Source: Candidatus Rokuibacteriota bacterium (GTDB lineage Bacteria; Methylomirabilota; Methylomirabilia; Rokubacteriales; CSP1-6). Taken from it: 64,000 nt of DNA. The stretch spans positions 9,322-73,321 of the forward strand of contig JAHFDK010000008.1 in the NCBI GenBank assembly GCA_023249095.1, in the 5' to 3' direction. The translations under genes and the position numbers were made by a program. Of the stretch, positions 28,668 to 37,771 are shown in pieces. Each line of letters begins with the position of its first letter. The stretch's first letter is position 1. Under the pieces are notes generated by a model. The model searched no databases and was not told the origin of the DNA. It saw only the letters and a program-made list of their open reading frames with translations.

Positions 28668-29651
28668 TGGATGATCTTGTCGGCGCGGGCGAGCAGCGAC
28701 TGCGGCATCGCAACACCGAGCGCCTTTGCCGTTCTCAGGTTGACGGTCAAACTGAAGGTCGTGGGGCGTTCCACGGGCAGGTCGCTCGGAGGGGAACCCT
28801 TGAGCACTTTGACGAGCATCGCGCCGGCCTGACTGAACAGGCTATGCAAGTGCGGTCCATACGCCATCAGGCCTCCGTCCTCGGCGAAGCCGGTGAAGGG
28901 CATGATCGTGGGGAGCCGGTTCTTGTTCGTCAGCTCTGCGATCCGCCTCCAGAATGAATTGAAGACCGGAGACCCGAGGACGAGCAGGGCCCCAGCCCGT
29001 TGCCTGGTAGCGGCTCGCACAGCAGCTTCGAGGTCGTCGGGGCCGCGTGCTTCCAGGGCCTGGAGCTGGAGGCGAAGACGCTGTGCCGCGGCTTCCGCCG
29101 CTTTCACCTGAGTCGGCCCGGTCGCGGGATCCCAGAGCATCGCGACGCGTGACAGCTTTTGGGATCGCCTCAGCCAGCATCTGGAGCCACTTTCCGCTGA
29201 GCTCGGGAAAATCGAGGAACACGCCCGTGACGTTCCTTCCGGGGCGCGCCAGGCTTGTGACGAAGCCGGAAGAGACGGGGTCCGTCTCCAGATCCAGCGC
29301 CACGATCGGGATGGTCGTGGTCGCGTGGGCGGCCGCGGCGACCCCGATCGGCGCGATGGCGAGGAGTGTGTCGACCTTCAGTGCGACGAGCTCGCGAGCG
29401 GCGGCGAAGATCTCATCCCGACTCCCCAGCCTCACGCGGTATTCGATGGTCAGGGTTCGGCCTTCGACGTAGCCTGCTTCGCGCAGAACCTGCTGGCACG
29501 CTTCGAAGAGGTCACGAAAGAACGAATTGTCCTGGGCCGGCCGGATCACGCCGAGCCGCACGGCCTTCGTCGCCTGCTGCCCCTCGGCGCCCAGAGGCGC
29601 CGAAAGGATGACGGCGGCAAGCGCCCGCATGAACGCCCGACGATCGCTCAC
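28664..29651 (-). pseudogene. ABC transporter substrate-binding protein (PF04392-type ABC_sub_bind), frameshifted near 29150
   Basis: N-terminal 170 aa (ORF 28842..29651) and C-terminal 158 aa (ORF 28664..29140) are both colinear with the same family. They join as ...AIPKAVTR|VAMLWDPATGP only after a +1/-2 nt frameshift. Confidence 0.55.
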
Positions 29652-29658
29652 TCGCTCA

Positions 29659-31269
29659 CTACTTGTCGAGCCAGGTGTGGACGAGCCGCGGCCCCAGGCC
29701 GAAGCCGTCGTGAAATCTGAAGCCCTTCACGTAGGGCGGGTGCGCGACGTGCCAGGCGAGGCTCGGCAGGTAGACGTAGTAGGCTTTGTCGGCGAGGTAG
29801 CGCTGGATGTCGTCCACGATCTGCTTACGCTTCTTGGGGTCCAGCTCCCGCCGCTGGGCGACGAGCATCTTGTTCAGCTCGGCGTCAGCCACGTTGCTAC
29901 GATTGTTCGGCTGCTCCGGGAAGAAGGCGCCGTAGAGCCAGTCGTCCACCTCGGTGAAGGGCGTGACCGGGCCCATCGCCATCTTCTCGAACTTGCCGAG
30001 ATACGTCGTGGAGATGTACTTACCGTATTCCTCCGGCTTCATCTCGACGTTGATGCCGATCTTGCCGAGATTGTCGGCGGCCAGGTCGTAGAAGCTCCGC
30101 CACGGGGGCTGGTAGCCCGGCCAGTGGAACATCGGGGTCGCGAACCCCTTCGCAAGCCCGGCCTCGGCGAGCAGCCGCTTCGCCTCGTTCGGATCGTAGC
30201 CGACGAGATACTTGGCCTTGGCCGGATCGATCTTCGATGCCTCGAGCTTCCACTCCTTCAGCGCGCCCGGCACCGGCCCGGACTCGAGGCACCCCTCGCC
30301 GAAAAGCAGCGCGTCGTTCCAGCTCTTCCGATCGATGGCCAGCGAGACCGCGCGCCGGACGCGGACGTCGTTGAACGGCGGCTGGTCGGTGCGGAAGTAG
30401 ATGATGCTCTGGCCCATGGCGTTGGCCGGCGTCATCACCATCTCCGGATTGGTCTTCTTCAGCGAGCGCGCCTCCTCCGGGTTCACCCAGCCCCAGAGCT
30501 GGCTCAGCTCGACCTTGCCCGACCGCAGGAGCGCCAGCCTCGCCGAGGCGTCGGGCGCGATCTCGACGACCACCCCGTCGAGGTACGGCAGCCCCTTCAT
30601 GAAGTAGTCGGGGTTGCGCTCGTACGTGAGCTTCACGCCCTTGTCGTAGGACTTGAGCACGAAGGGCCCGGTGCCGATCACGCTGTCGGCGTGGTTGAAG
30701 TCCTTGAACTTCTCCTCCGCCTCACGCGGCAGGATCACGCAGTACGTGGGGTTCGCCAGGTGGTTCAGGAACGGCGCGAACGGCTCCTTCAGCGTCACCT
30801 TGACCGTGTATTTATCCACGAGGTCGATGGACTGCACCGGATCGAAGCGCGACCGAAACCCCGACTTCCCCATGAAGCGCTCGAGCGAATACTTGACGTC
30901 GTCGGCCGTGACCTCGCGGCCGTTGACGGGTGGCTTGGCATGGAACTTCACGCCCTTCCGAAGGTGGAAGGTGTACACGCTGCCGTCCTTCGACACCGTC
31001 CATCGCTCGGCGAGATCCGGGACGATCGAGAAATCCGCGGGGTGCTGCTGCTCCGGGCCGTAAGGGAAGCGCACGAGCTGGCTATAGACCAGGCTGATGT
31101 ACGAATGGGTGAGAAAGCTCACCGACAGGTGCGGGTCGAGACTGGGCGCCTCGCGCTCGGCCATGCGGAGAACGCCGCCCCGCTTGGGCTGCTGGGCGGT
31201 CGCCGGCTGGGCGGCCAAGAGGCCAATGACGAGCATGAGAGACATCGCGAGCGCGAGGCGTCGAGTCAT
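29659..31269 (-). CDS. ABC transporter substrate-binding protein, family 5
   Basis: Start chosen at MTRRLALAMSLMLVIGLLAAQPATA (signal peptide) with a GGAGG RBS 8 nt upstream. SBP_bac_5 fold. Confidence 0.8.
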   Translation of the reverse strand: MTRRLALAMSLMLVIGLLAAQPATAQQPKRGGVLRMAEREAPSLDPHLSVSFLTHSYISLVYSQLVRFPYGPEQQHPADFSIVPDLAERWTVSKDGSVYTFHLRKGVKFHAKPPVNGREVTADDVKYSLERFMGKSGFRSRFDPVQSIDLVDKYTVKVTLKEPFAPFLNHLANPTYCVILPREAEEKFKDFNHADSVIGTGPFVLKSYDKGVKLTYERNPDYFMKGLPYLDGVVVEIAPDASARLALLRSGKVELSQLWGWVNPEEARSLKKTNPEMVMTPANAMGQSIIYFRTDQPPFNDVRVRRAVSLAIDRKSWNDALLFGEGCLESGPVPGALKEWKLEASKIDPAKAKYLVGYDPNEAKRLLAEAGLAKGFATPMFHWPGYQPPWRSFYDLAADNLGKIGINVEMKPEEYGKYISTTYLGKFEKMAMGPVTPFTEVDDWLYGAFFPEQPNNRSNVADAELNKMLVAQRRELDPKKRKQIVDDIQRYLADKAYYVYLPSLAWHVAHPPYVKGFRFHDGFGLGPRLVHTWLDK

Positions 31270-31298
31270 GACCGATCCTCCATGTCCCGTGGCCGGGA

Positions 31299-32081
31299 TT
31301 ATGCTTTCACCCACGCCGGGAAGTCACCGGCGAACCGCTCGAGCGAGAGCAGAACGACCCGGCTGTCGCCGCGTGCCGCCTCGCGGTCCCGAGGCGTGTT
31401 GTAACCCCAGCCGGCAAGGAAGAGCCCGACGTCGTCGAGACCCGGCGTGCTCTTCACGGCCTCGAGGGTCTTCAGTCGATCCTCCACGAACCAGAGGCTG
31501 CGCGCCGGTGAGCGGGGCTCGACCAGTTCCCGCAAGATCTCGGGCTTGGGCCGGCCCGCCTCCTTGCCGCAGACGTCCTCGACGCCGAGGTCGAGCCCCT
31601 GCCGTACCAGGAGCTTCCGCGCGAAGCGACCCTCCTTGGTCGTCACGATGACGACGCGCGTGGGGCCGCCCCCGAGCCGCCGGAGCCGATGGATCACCCC
31701 GGGATAGAAGCGGTGGTGGTCGAGCCAGTCGCCCTCGTCCGCGGCGATCCACTCGTCGCGGACGCCGTCGAGCACGGCGACGATCTCGTCGCGCGTGCGG
31801 CCCAGCTTGCCCAGGAGCGCCTCCGGGCGCCAGCGTTCTAGGATCTCCGCCTCACCGACACCCGCCAGCAACGCCATGACCAGTAGGGGCATCTCCCAGC
31901 CGTGCTCGACGACCGGCCGCACACGCGCGTAACGGTCGACGAGCCCGCGGGGCGGGTCGGGCGCGGCGGACGGACGGAGCCGGCGCCAGACGCGCCACGC
32001 CGCCCCGAAGTACTCGGCCGTGCCGTCGCAGAGGACGCCGTCGAAGTCGAGCGCGAGGATCGTGGGGGTGCTCGCGGGCAC
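31299..32081 (-). CDS. HAD-family hydrolase
   Basis: Motif I LALDFDGVLCDG and downstream HAD motifs. Confidence 0.6.
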   Translation of the reverse strand: MPASTPTILALDFDGVLCDGTAEYFGAAWRVWRRLRPSAAPDPPRGLVDRYARVRPVVEHGWEMPLLVMALLAGVGEAEILERWRPEALLGKLGRTRDEIVAVLDGVRDEWIAADEGDWLDHHRFYPGVIHRLRRLGGGPTRVVIVTTKEGRFARKLLVRQGLDLGVEDVCGKEAGRPKPEILRELVEPRSPARSLWFVEDRLKTLEAVKSTPGLDDVGLFLAGWGYNTPRDREAARGDSRVVLLSLERFAGDFPAWVKA

Positions 32082-32108
32082 GACGGAACTCTAGTGTAGA
32101 GTGAGTCC

Positions 32109-32762
32109 ATGGTCAAAGCTGTCGCCGTGCTGACGCTGGCCGTGCTCGTCGCGGCCGGGCCGGTCTCGGCCCAGTCACTGGACGAGGTCGTTCGTGACAT
32201 CGAAGCGGCCTACGGTCGCATGATCGACCTCCGCGCCGACTTCACCCAGACCGCGTTCAACAAGAGCCTCAACCAGACGATTCCGGCTCGGGGGACGGTC
32301 TACTTGAAGAAGGGAGGCAAGCTCCGCTGGGAGTTCACGGAGCCTACCCCCCAGGAGATCGTCTCCGACGGCAAGAAGCTCTGGGTCTACACACCGACGC
32401 TGAACCAGGCGAACGTGGCCCAGGCGCCTGAGGCCCTGGCCGGGCCAGCCGGAAGCTTCCTCGCCGGGCTCGGTCGTCTGCGCGCCGAGTTCCAGGTGCG
32501 CTTCCTGAACCCAGCCCAGCCCAAGGACGCCGAGGGGAACTGGGTCCTCGACCTCACCCCGAAGCAGCCGCTCCCGACGCTGACGCGCCTGATCCTGTCG
32601 GTCGAGGGGAAGAACTGGGAGATCAGGCGGGCCGTGGTGCACGATCAGTTCGAGAACACGGTGACGATGCGCTTCACGAAAATGGCGGTGAACAGCGGGC
32701 TGCCGGACCGAACCTTCACCTTCGTCGCGCCGAAGGGTGTCGTGATCGTGCCGCTCAAGTAG
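32109..32762 (+). CDS. lolA: Outer-membrane lipoprotein carrier protein LolA
   Basis: Signal peptide plus the LolA fold signature (FTQTAFNKSLNQTIPARGTVYLKKGGKLRWEF). Confidence 0.75.
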   Translation: MVKAVAVLTLAVLVAAGPVSAQSLDEVVRDIEAAYGRMIDLRADFTQTAFNKSLNQTIPARGTVYLKKGGKLRWEFTEPTPQEIVSDGKKLWVYTPTLNQANVAQAPEALAGPAGSFLAGLGRLRAEFQVRFLNPAQPKDAEGNWVLDLTPKQPLPTLTRLILSVEGKNWEIRRAVVHDQFENTVTMRFTKMAVNSGLPDRTFTFVAPKGVVIVPLK

Positions 32763-32771
32763 GGGAGGGCG

Positions 32772-33269
32772 ATGGCCGCTGAGAACTCGTTCGACATCGC
32801 GTGCAAGCTCGAGATGCAGGAGGTGACGAACGCGCTCGACCAGGCGCGACGGGAAATTGCGACGCGCTACGACCTGAAGGGCGCGAAGTGCGACGTGACG
32901 CTCGAGAAGACCGACATCACTCTCACGGCGCCCGACGACATGAAGCTCAAGGCGGTGGTCGACATTCTCCAGTCGCGCCTGCACAAGCGCGGCGTGCCGC
33001 TGAAGGCGCTCACCTACGGCGAGGTCGAACAGGCCGCCGGCGGCGTGCTCCGGCAGAAGATCGCGCTCCAGCAGGGGATCCCGATCGAGCGCGCCAAGGA
33101 GATCGTCCGGCTCATCAAGGACTCGAAGATCAGGGTGCAAGCGTCCATCCAGGAGGACCAGGTCCGCGTGGCCGGGAAGAACCGCGACGATCTCCAAAAG
33201 ATCATCGGGATGCTGCGGGACAAGGATCTCGGCATCGCGCTCCAGTTCACGAACTACCGCAGCGTCTAG
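32772..33269 (+). CDS. yajQ: YajQ family cyclic-di-GMP-binding protein (UPF0234)
   Basis: 165 aa, MAAENSFDIACKLEMQEVTNALDQARREIATRYDLKG, canonical YajQ. Confidence 0.8.
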   Translation: MAAENSFDIACKLEMQEVTNALDQARREIATRYDLKGAKCDVTLEKTDITLTAPDDMKLKAVVDILQSRLHKRGVPLKALTYGEVEQAAGGVLRQKIALQQGIPIERAKEIVRLIKDSKIRVQASIQEDQVRVAGKNRDDLQKIIGMLRDKDLGIALQFTNYRSV

Positions 33270-33305
33270 AGTCTCGGGCCGGCAGGGTATACTGGGCTTC
33301 TAGAA

Positions 33306-34622
33306 ATGAAGGTTCACCTGACGACCCTCGGCTGCCCGAAGAACCAGGTCGACTCCGAGCTGATGCTCGGCATGCTGACCGAGGCCGGATTTCCGATCGT
33401 GGAGCAGCCCGAGGACGCGGAGTGTCTCATCGTCAACACGTGCGCCTTCATCGACCGCGCGCGCGAGGAATCGGTCGACACGATCCTCGAGCTCGCGAAG
33501 CTGAAGGAGCGCGGCTCGTGCCGGGCGCTCATCGTCACCGGCTGCCTCACCCAGCGCTACGGCGGGGACATTCTCACGGAGATGCCCGAGATCGACGGGA
33601 TCCTCGGCACCGCGAACCTCTCCCGGATCGTCGAGCTGGTCCGTCAGGCGGCGGGCCGTCACGACTGGGCGACCTCGGCACCGCCGGGCTATCTCTACGA
33701 CGCGACGACACCGCGTCTCCTGACGGGCCGCGTCCCCTACGCCTACGTGAAGATCGCGGAGGGGTGCGACATGGGCTGCACCTTCTGTGCGATTCCCCAG
33801 TTCCGCGGCCGTCACCGGAGCCGGCCGCTCGCCGACGTCGTGAAGGAGGTCGAAGGCCTGGCGGCGCGCGGCGTGCAGGAAGCGATCCTGGTCTCGCAGG
33901 ACACGCTCGCCTACGGCCGCGATCTGCCGGGCAACGGGGACATCGCCGAGCTCCTGCTGGCGCTCGGCGAAACGCGGATGCCCTGGATCCGCCCGATGTA
34001 CCTGCATCCCGCGCACGTCAACGACCGGCTCATCGAGCGATGGGCGCGCGCGCGCGTCGTCCCATACCTGGACATGCCCGTGCAGCACGGCGACGACGGG
34101 GTGCTGAAGGCCATGCGACGCGCCGTGACCGCGAGGCGGATGAAAGAGATCGTGCGCGCCTTCCGCGAGGCGATCCCGAGACTCACTGTCCGCACGACTG
34201 TGCTTGTCGGCTTCCCTGGCGAGTCGGAGGCCGCGTTCCAGAATCTCCTCGAATTTCTCGACGAGGTCCGCTTCGACCGCCTCGGCGTTTTCACCTACTC
34301 GGCCGAAGAGGGGACGCCGTCGCCCGCGTATCCCGACCAGGTCGCGGCCGAGGTCGCGGCGGAACGCGCCGCGCTCGTGCAGGAATATCAGGACCGCCTC
34401 GCCTGGGAGCGCGGCGCTGCGCTCGCCGGCGCCGTGACGGACGTTCTGGTCGACGGCCCCAGCGAGGATCCTGCGTTCGCGTGGGAGGGGAGGACCGCAG
34501 GCCAAGCGCCCGAGATCGACGGGGTCGTGTACCTCCGCGACCGGAGCTTGACGCCGGGCCACTTCGCGCGCATTCGCATCGTCGAGGTCGAGGGATACGA
34601 GCTCGTCGGCGAGCGCGCCTAG
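33306..34622 (+). CDS. rimO: Ribosomal protein S12 methylthiotransferase RimO
   Basis: UPF0004 domain (TLGCPKNQVDSE), radical-SAM CxxxCxxC (CDMGCTFCAIP) and a TRAM domain. Confidence 0.9.
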   Translation: MKVHLTTLGCPKNQVDSELMLGMLTEAGFPIVEQPEDAECLIVNTCAFIDRAREESVDTILELAKLKERGSCRALIVTGCLTQRYGGDILTEMPEIDGILGTANLSRIVELVRQAAGRHDWATSAPPGYLYDATTPRLLTGRVPYAYVKIAEGCDMGCTFCAIPQFRGRHRSRPLADVVKEVEGLAARGVQEAILVSQDTLAYGRDLPGNGDIAELLLALGETRMPWIRPMYLHPAHVNDRLIERWARARVVPYLDMPVQHGDDGVLKAMRRAVTARRMKEIVRAFREAIPRLTVRTTVLVGFPGESEAAFQNLLEFLDEVRFDRLGVFTYSAEEGTPSPAYPDQVAAEVAAERAALVQEYQDRLAWERGAALAGAVTDVLVDGPSEDPAFAWEGRTAGQAPEIDGVVYLRDRSLTPGHFARIRIVEVEGYELVGERA

Positions 34623-35088
34623 GCAGGCCACGGCGGTAGACCGTGTAGCGCTCGTCATCGCGACCGGCTGCGGCACCGGCTACTCGCCACTGGTTCCGGG
34701 TACGGTCGGCAGCGTCCTCGCTGCCTTCATCGTGTGGATCATTCCGTTCTCGCGCTCCGGTCTGCTGCTGTGTTTCGTCGCCGTCACGCTCGCCGGGACC
34801 TGGGCGGCTCACCGCGCCGAGCGCCTGCTCGGCGCCAAGGATCCGGGCGCGATCGTCATCGACGAGGTGGCCGGGATGACGCTCACCGTTCTTCCGTTTC
34901 CGCCGACGGTCGCGGTGCTGGCGGTGGGCTTGGTCCTGTTCAGGATTTTCGACATCACCAAGCCGTTCCCCGCGCGTGCAAGCCAGCGGCTCGCCGGCGG
35001 CATCGGCGTCATGGTGGATGACCTGATCGCGGCGTTGTACGCTCTCGCCGTGATCGCGGTCGGCCGCGCCACCCTCGCCTGGCCATGA
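34621..35088 (+). CDS. pgpA: Phosphatidylglycerophosphatase A
   Basis: Conserved PgpA N-terminal motif ALVIATGCGTGYSPLVPGTVGS lies upstream of the first in-frame start (GTG 34732). The frame is open from the rimO stop but has no canonical start, so the start is unresolved. Confidence 0.7.
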   Translation, partial: RQATAVDRVALVIATGCGTGYSPLVPGTVGSVLAAFIVWIIPFSRSGLLLCFVAVTLAGTWAAHRAERLLGAKDPGAIVIDEVAGMTLTVLPFPPTVAVLAVGLVLFRIFDITKPFPARASQRLAGGIGVMVDDLIAALYALAVIAVGRATLAWP

Positions 35089-36308
35089 CGGCGAGCGCCC
35101 ACATCGTGACGGTCGGAGGGATGCCGTCCGCCGGCGCGGACGATACGGCCGTCGCCGCCGCCCTCGCCGCCGCGGGCATTGCCGTCGCGAGTCGCGGCTT
35201 CATCGAGGACGATGAAGCCGCCCTGGAACGGGCGCTCGGGCCCGACGAGGCGTTGACGGTGGTGCTCGCGGGCGGTGGAGGCTCGGCCGGTGACATCGTG
35301 CGCCGCGTGCTCGCGCGCGTCAGCGGCACGCGGCTCGTGCTCAACGAGCGTCTCCTTGCCGCGCTCCAGGAGCGCTACCGGCGGCTCGACCGACCGCTGC
35401 CCCGACGGGCGGAACGCCTGGCGCTCCTGCCGCAGGGCACGACGGTGTGGGTCACGGCCGACGGCGAAGCCGGGTGGGCCCTCGAGAGCGGCCCGCGCGC
35501 CTTCGCGGTCGTTGCGCGCGACGCCGGGGTCCAGTCGATGATCGAGCAGCATCTGGCGCCCTTCGCGCGCGCCTGGGCGAGCGGGCGCGGGGCCGCGCTC
35601 GTTCGGACACTCCGGACGGCCGGCCTCAGCCTCGCCGATGTCGAGGAGCGGCTCGTCGACTGGCTGGGCCGGGAAGGCGAGGTGACCGTGTCCACCATCC
35701 CCGCCGACGGCGAGGTGTGGGTGAGGCTGCGCGCGCGCGCCTCGACGCCGGCCGAGGCCGCACGGAGCCTCGGCAAGGCCGAAGCAGCGATCGTCGGCAT
35801 CCTCGGCGGCGACTGTTTCGGGCGCGACGGCGACACCCTGGAGCTGGTCGTTGGCCGCATGCTGCTCGAGCGGAGGCTGACGCTGGCCGTGGCGGAGTCA
35901 TGCACGGGCGGGCTCCTGGGCCACCGCCTGACCAACGTTCCGGGCTCTTCGGCGTACTTCGAGCGGGGCGTTCTGGTGTACTCGAACCGAGCAAAGGAGG
36001 AGCTGCTCGGCGTCCCCGAGTCAATCCTGAACACGCACGGGGCCGTCAGCGCGCCGTGTGCCGAGGCGATGGCGCGCGGGATCGCCACGCGCGCGGGCGC
36101 GCCGTGTGGGCTCGCCATCACAGGCATCGCCGGCCCCGACGGCGGAACGCCGACGAAACCCGTCGGCACCGTCTTCATCGGTCTGGCCGTCCAGGGCGAC
36201 GCCCTCGCGCGACGCTTTCACTTCGCCGGCGACCGGGCCGCGGTGAAGTGGCAGTCGACCCAGGGGGCGCTCGACATGCTCCGGCGGTCCCTGAAGGGAC
36301 AACCGTGA
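35085..36308 (+). CDS. cinA: Competence/damage-inducible protein CinA (MoCF-biosynthesis domain + nicotinamide-nucleotide amidase domain)
   Basis: C-terminal CinA domain (LAVAESCTGGLLGHRLTNVPGSSAYF) with an N-terminal MoaB/MogA-like domain. Confidence 0.85.
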   Translation: MTASAHIVTVGGMPSAGADDTAVAAALAAAGIAVASRGFIEDDEAALERALGPDEALTVVLAGGGGSAGDIVRRVLARVSGTRLVLNERLLAALQERYRRLDRPLPRRAERLALLPQGTTVWVTADGEAGWALESGPRAFAVVARDAGVQSMIEQHLAPFARAWASGRGAALVRTLRTAGLSLADVEERLVDWLGREGEVTVSTIPADGEVWVRLRARASTPAEAARSLGKAEAAIVGILGGDCFGRDGDTLELVVGRMLLERRLTLAVAESCTGGLLGHRLTNVPGSSAYFERGVLVYSNRAKEELLGVPESILNTHGAVSAPCAEAMARGIATRAGAPCGLAITGIAGPDGGTPTKPVGTVFIGLAVQGDALARRFHFAGDRAAVKWQSTQGALDMLRRSLKGQP

Positions 36309-37087
36309 GAGCGTGGAGTGTCGTGCTGATCGTGGCGGCCGCGGCGTGCTCGACCATCACGCCCTTCGACCGTGGTCTCTCGTTTGCCCAGCGAGGCCAG
36401 GATCTGGCTGCGAAGGAGGCGTTCGACGAGGCGATCCGCCGCTCGCCGGAGTCGGCTCCCGCGTACGCGAACCGCGGCAGCGTCCGGGCGCGCCTGGGCG
36501 ACCTGGACGGCGCGAACGAGGACTACACGAAGGCGCTCGCGCTGGGGTCGCGCGACGGCGACGTCCTCTTCAACCGAGGCCTGGTACTGGTCTCGAAGCG
36601 CGACTACCAGGGCGCGATCACCGATTTCACGACCGCCCTCTCGGTGAACCCTCGTCACGCCGAGGCCCTCTTCGCGCGCGGCAGCGCGCGGTGGCTCGCC
36701 GGCGACACGGAGCCGGCCCGAGCCGACTGGCTCCGGGCGATCGAGCTCGAGCCGGAGCCGCGACAGAAGGCGCGGATGCGCGCCGCCGTCGACAGCGCAC
36801 CGCCGGTGGCGCGGCCCGCCGTGCTGACATCGTCGCCGGCAGCGCCCGTTGCCGCCGCCCCGGGTCCGGGGACCGGCCCGCCCGCCTCAGCGCCGGCATC
36901 AACCTCGATCCCCCCGGCGCAGGCTCCGCTCGATTCGCGAGGACTGGCGGCGCGCGGCCTCGAGCGGGAGCTCAAGGGCGACCGCCCGGGAGCGATCACC
37001 GATCTGCGCGCCGCGCTCGCCGCCGAAACCGATCCGGAGCGGCGCCAGGGCATTCGGAACCTGCTGCAGCTGCTGGACGCCCGATAG
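36305..37087 (+). CDS. TPR-repeat lipoprotein
   Basis: GTG start overlaps the cinA stop (GTGA). Lipoprotein signal (VLIVAAAACS) and three TPR units (AYANRGSVRARLGD..., VLFNRGLVLVS..., ALFARGSARW...). Confidence 0.6.
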   Translation: MRAWSVVLIVAAAACSTITPFDRGLSFAQRGQDLAAKEAFDEAIRRSPESAPAYANRGSVRARLGDLDGANEDYTKALALGSRDGDVLFNRGLVLVSKRDYQGAITDFTTALSVNPRHAEALFARGSARWLAGDTEPARADWLRAIELEPEPRQKARMRAAVDSAPPVARPAVLTSSPAAPVAAAPGPGTGPPASAPASTSIPPAQAPLDSRGLAARGLERELKGDRPGAITDLRAALAAETDPERRQGIRNLLQLLDAR

Positions 37088-37671
37088 ACGGCATCCGCGC
37101 GTTCGTCGCGATCCTGCTCGACGACGCCATCCGAAGAGAGCTCGGCGCGGCGATCGAGCGGCTGCGACCTGTGGCGCGCGATGTGGCCTGGGTGGTTCCT
37201 GGGAATCTCCATCTCACCATGAAGTTCCTCGGCGAGGTCGCCGAGGGCCGGATCGGCGCCATCGTCAGCGCGCTCACGGGAGCGGCCTCGGACGTGAACG
37301 CTTTCGAGGCCAATTGTGCGGGGCTCGGCGCCTTCCCATCGGTGACGCGTCCGCGGGTCGTCTGGGCCGGGGTGACGGCAGGCGCCCGCGCGATGGTCGA
37401 TCTGGCCGGCCGCGTGGACGAGGCCCTCGCGGGGCTCGGCTTCGCCAGCGACGAGCGGCCCTTCTCTCCGCACATCACGCTCGGCCGGGCGCGCCAGGCC
37501 GGGCGAAACCAAGCCCTCGCCGAGGCCCTGCGGGGCGCCGCGGGGTGTGAGTTCGGCCGGATCCGCGTCGCGGGCGCCTCGCTCATGCGCAGCGAGCTGT
37601 CCCCGCGGGGCGCCCGATACACGGAGCTGGCCACCGTGAGCCTCGGCGGAGATGTCGGGCGCCGTGTCTGA
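37084..37671 (+). CDS. thpR: RNA 2',3'-cyclic phosphodiesterase (2H phosphoesterase LigT/ThpR family)
   Basis: Two H-x-T/S-x motifs (HLTMKFLG, HITLGR). Conserved N-terminus (IRAFVAILL) begins right after the upstream stop with no ATG/GTG/TTG in frame; ATA at 37084 or ATC at 37093 are the only candidates. Confidence 0.7.
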   Translation: MDGIRAFVAILLDDAIRRELGAAIERLRPVARDVAWVVPGNLHLTMKFLGEVAEGRIGAIVSALTGAASDVNAFEANCAGLGAFPSVTRPRVVWAGVTAGARAMVDLAGRVDEALAGLGFASDERPFSPHITLGRARQAGRNQALAEALRGAAGCEFGRIRVAGASLMRSELSPRGARYTELATVSLGGDVGRRV

Positions 37672-37712
37672 ATGTCCGGACATTGACGCCCCTGCCGGGG
37701 CCCCCCTAGAAT
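37671..37712 (+). promoter_or_regulatory. recA promoter (TTGACG-N18-TAGAAT) overlapped by a perfect 14-bp palindrome AATGTCCGGACATT
   Basis: -35 TTGACG at 37683-37688 and -10 TAGAAT at 37707-37712, about 60 nt upstream of the recA ATG. The palindrome at 37671-37684 overlaps the -35 and the thpR stop. Confidence 0.5.
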
Positions 37713-37771
37713 GTTCGAAAGCGGTAACGCAACGTGCAGCGGGCATGCGAGGATGATTCAAGGAGAGGCGT

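Noticed and set aside
37700-37740. Cheo-box or alpha-type LexA site near GAATGTTCGAAAGCGGTAACGC upstream of recA
   Set aside because: No clean GAAC-N4-GTTC or GTTC-N7-GTTC match. Only half-sites are present.
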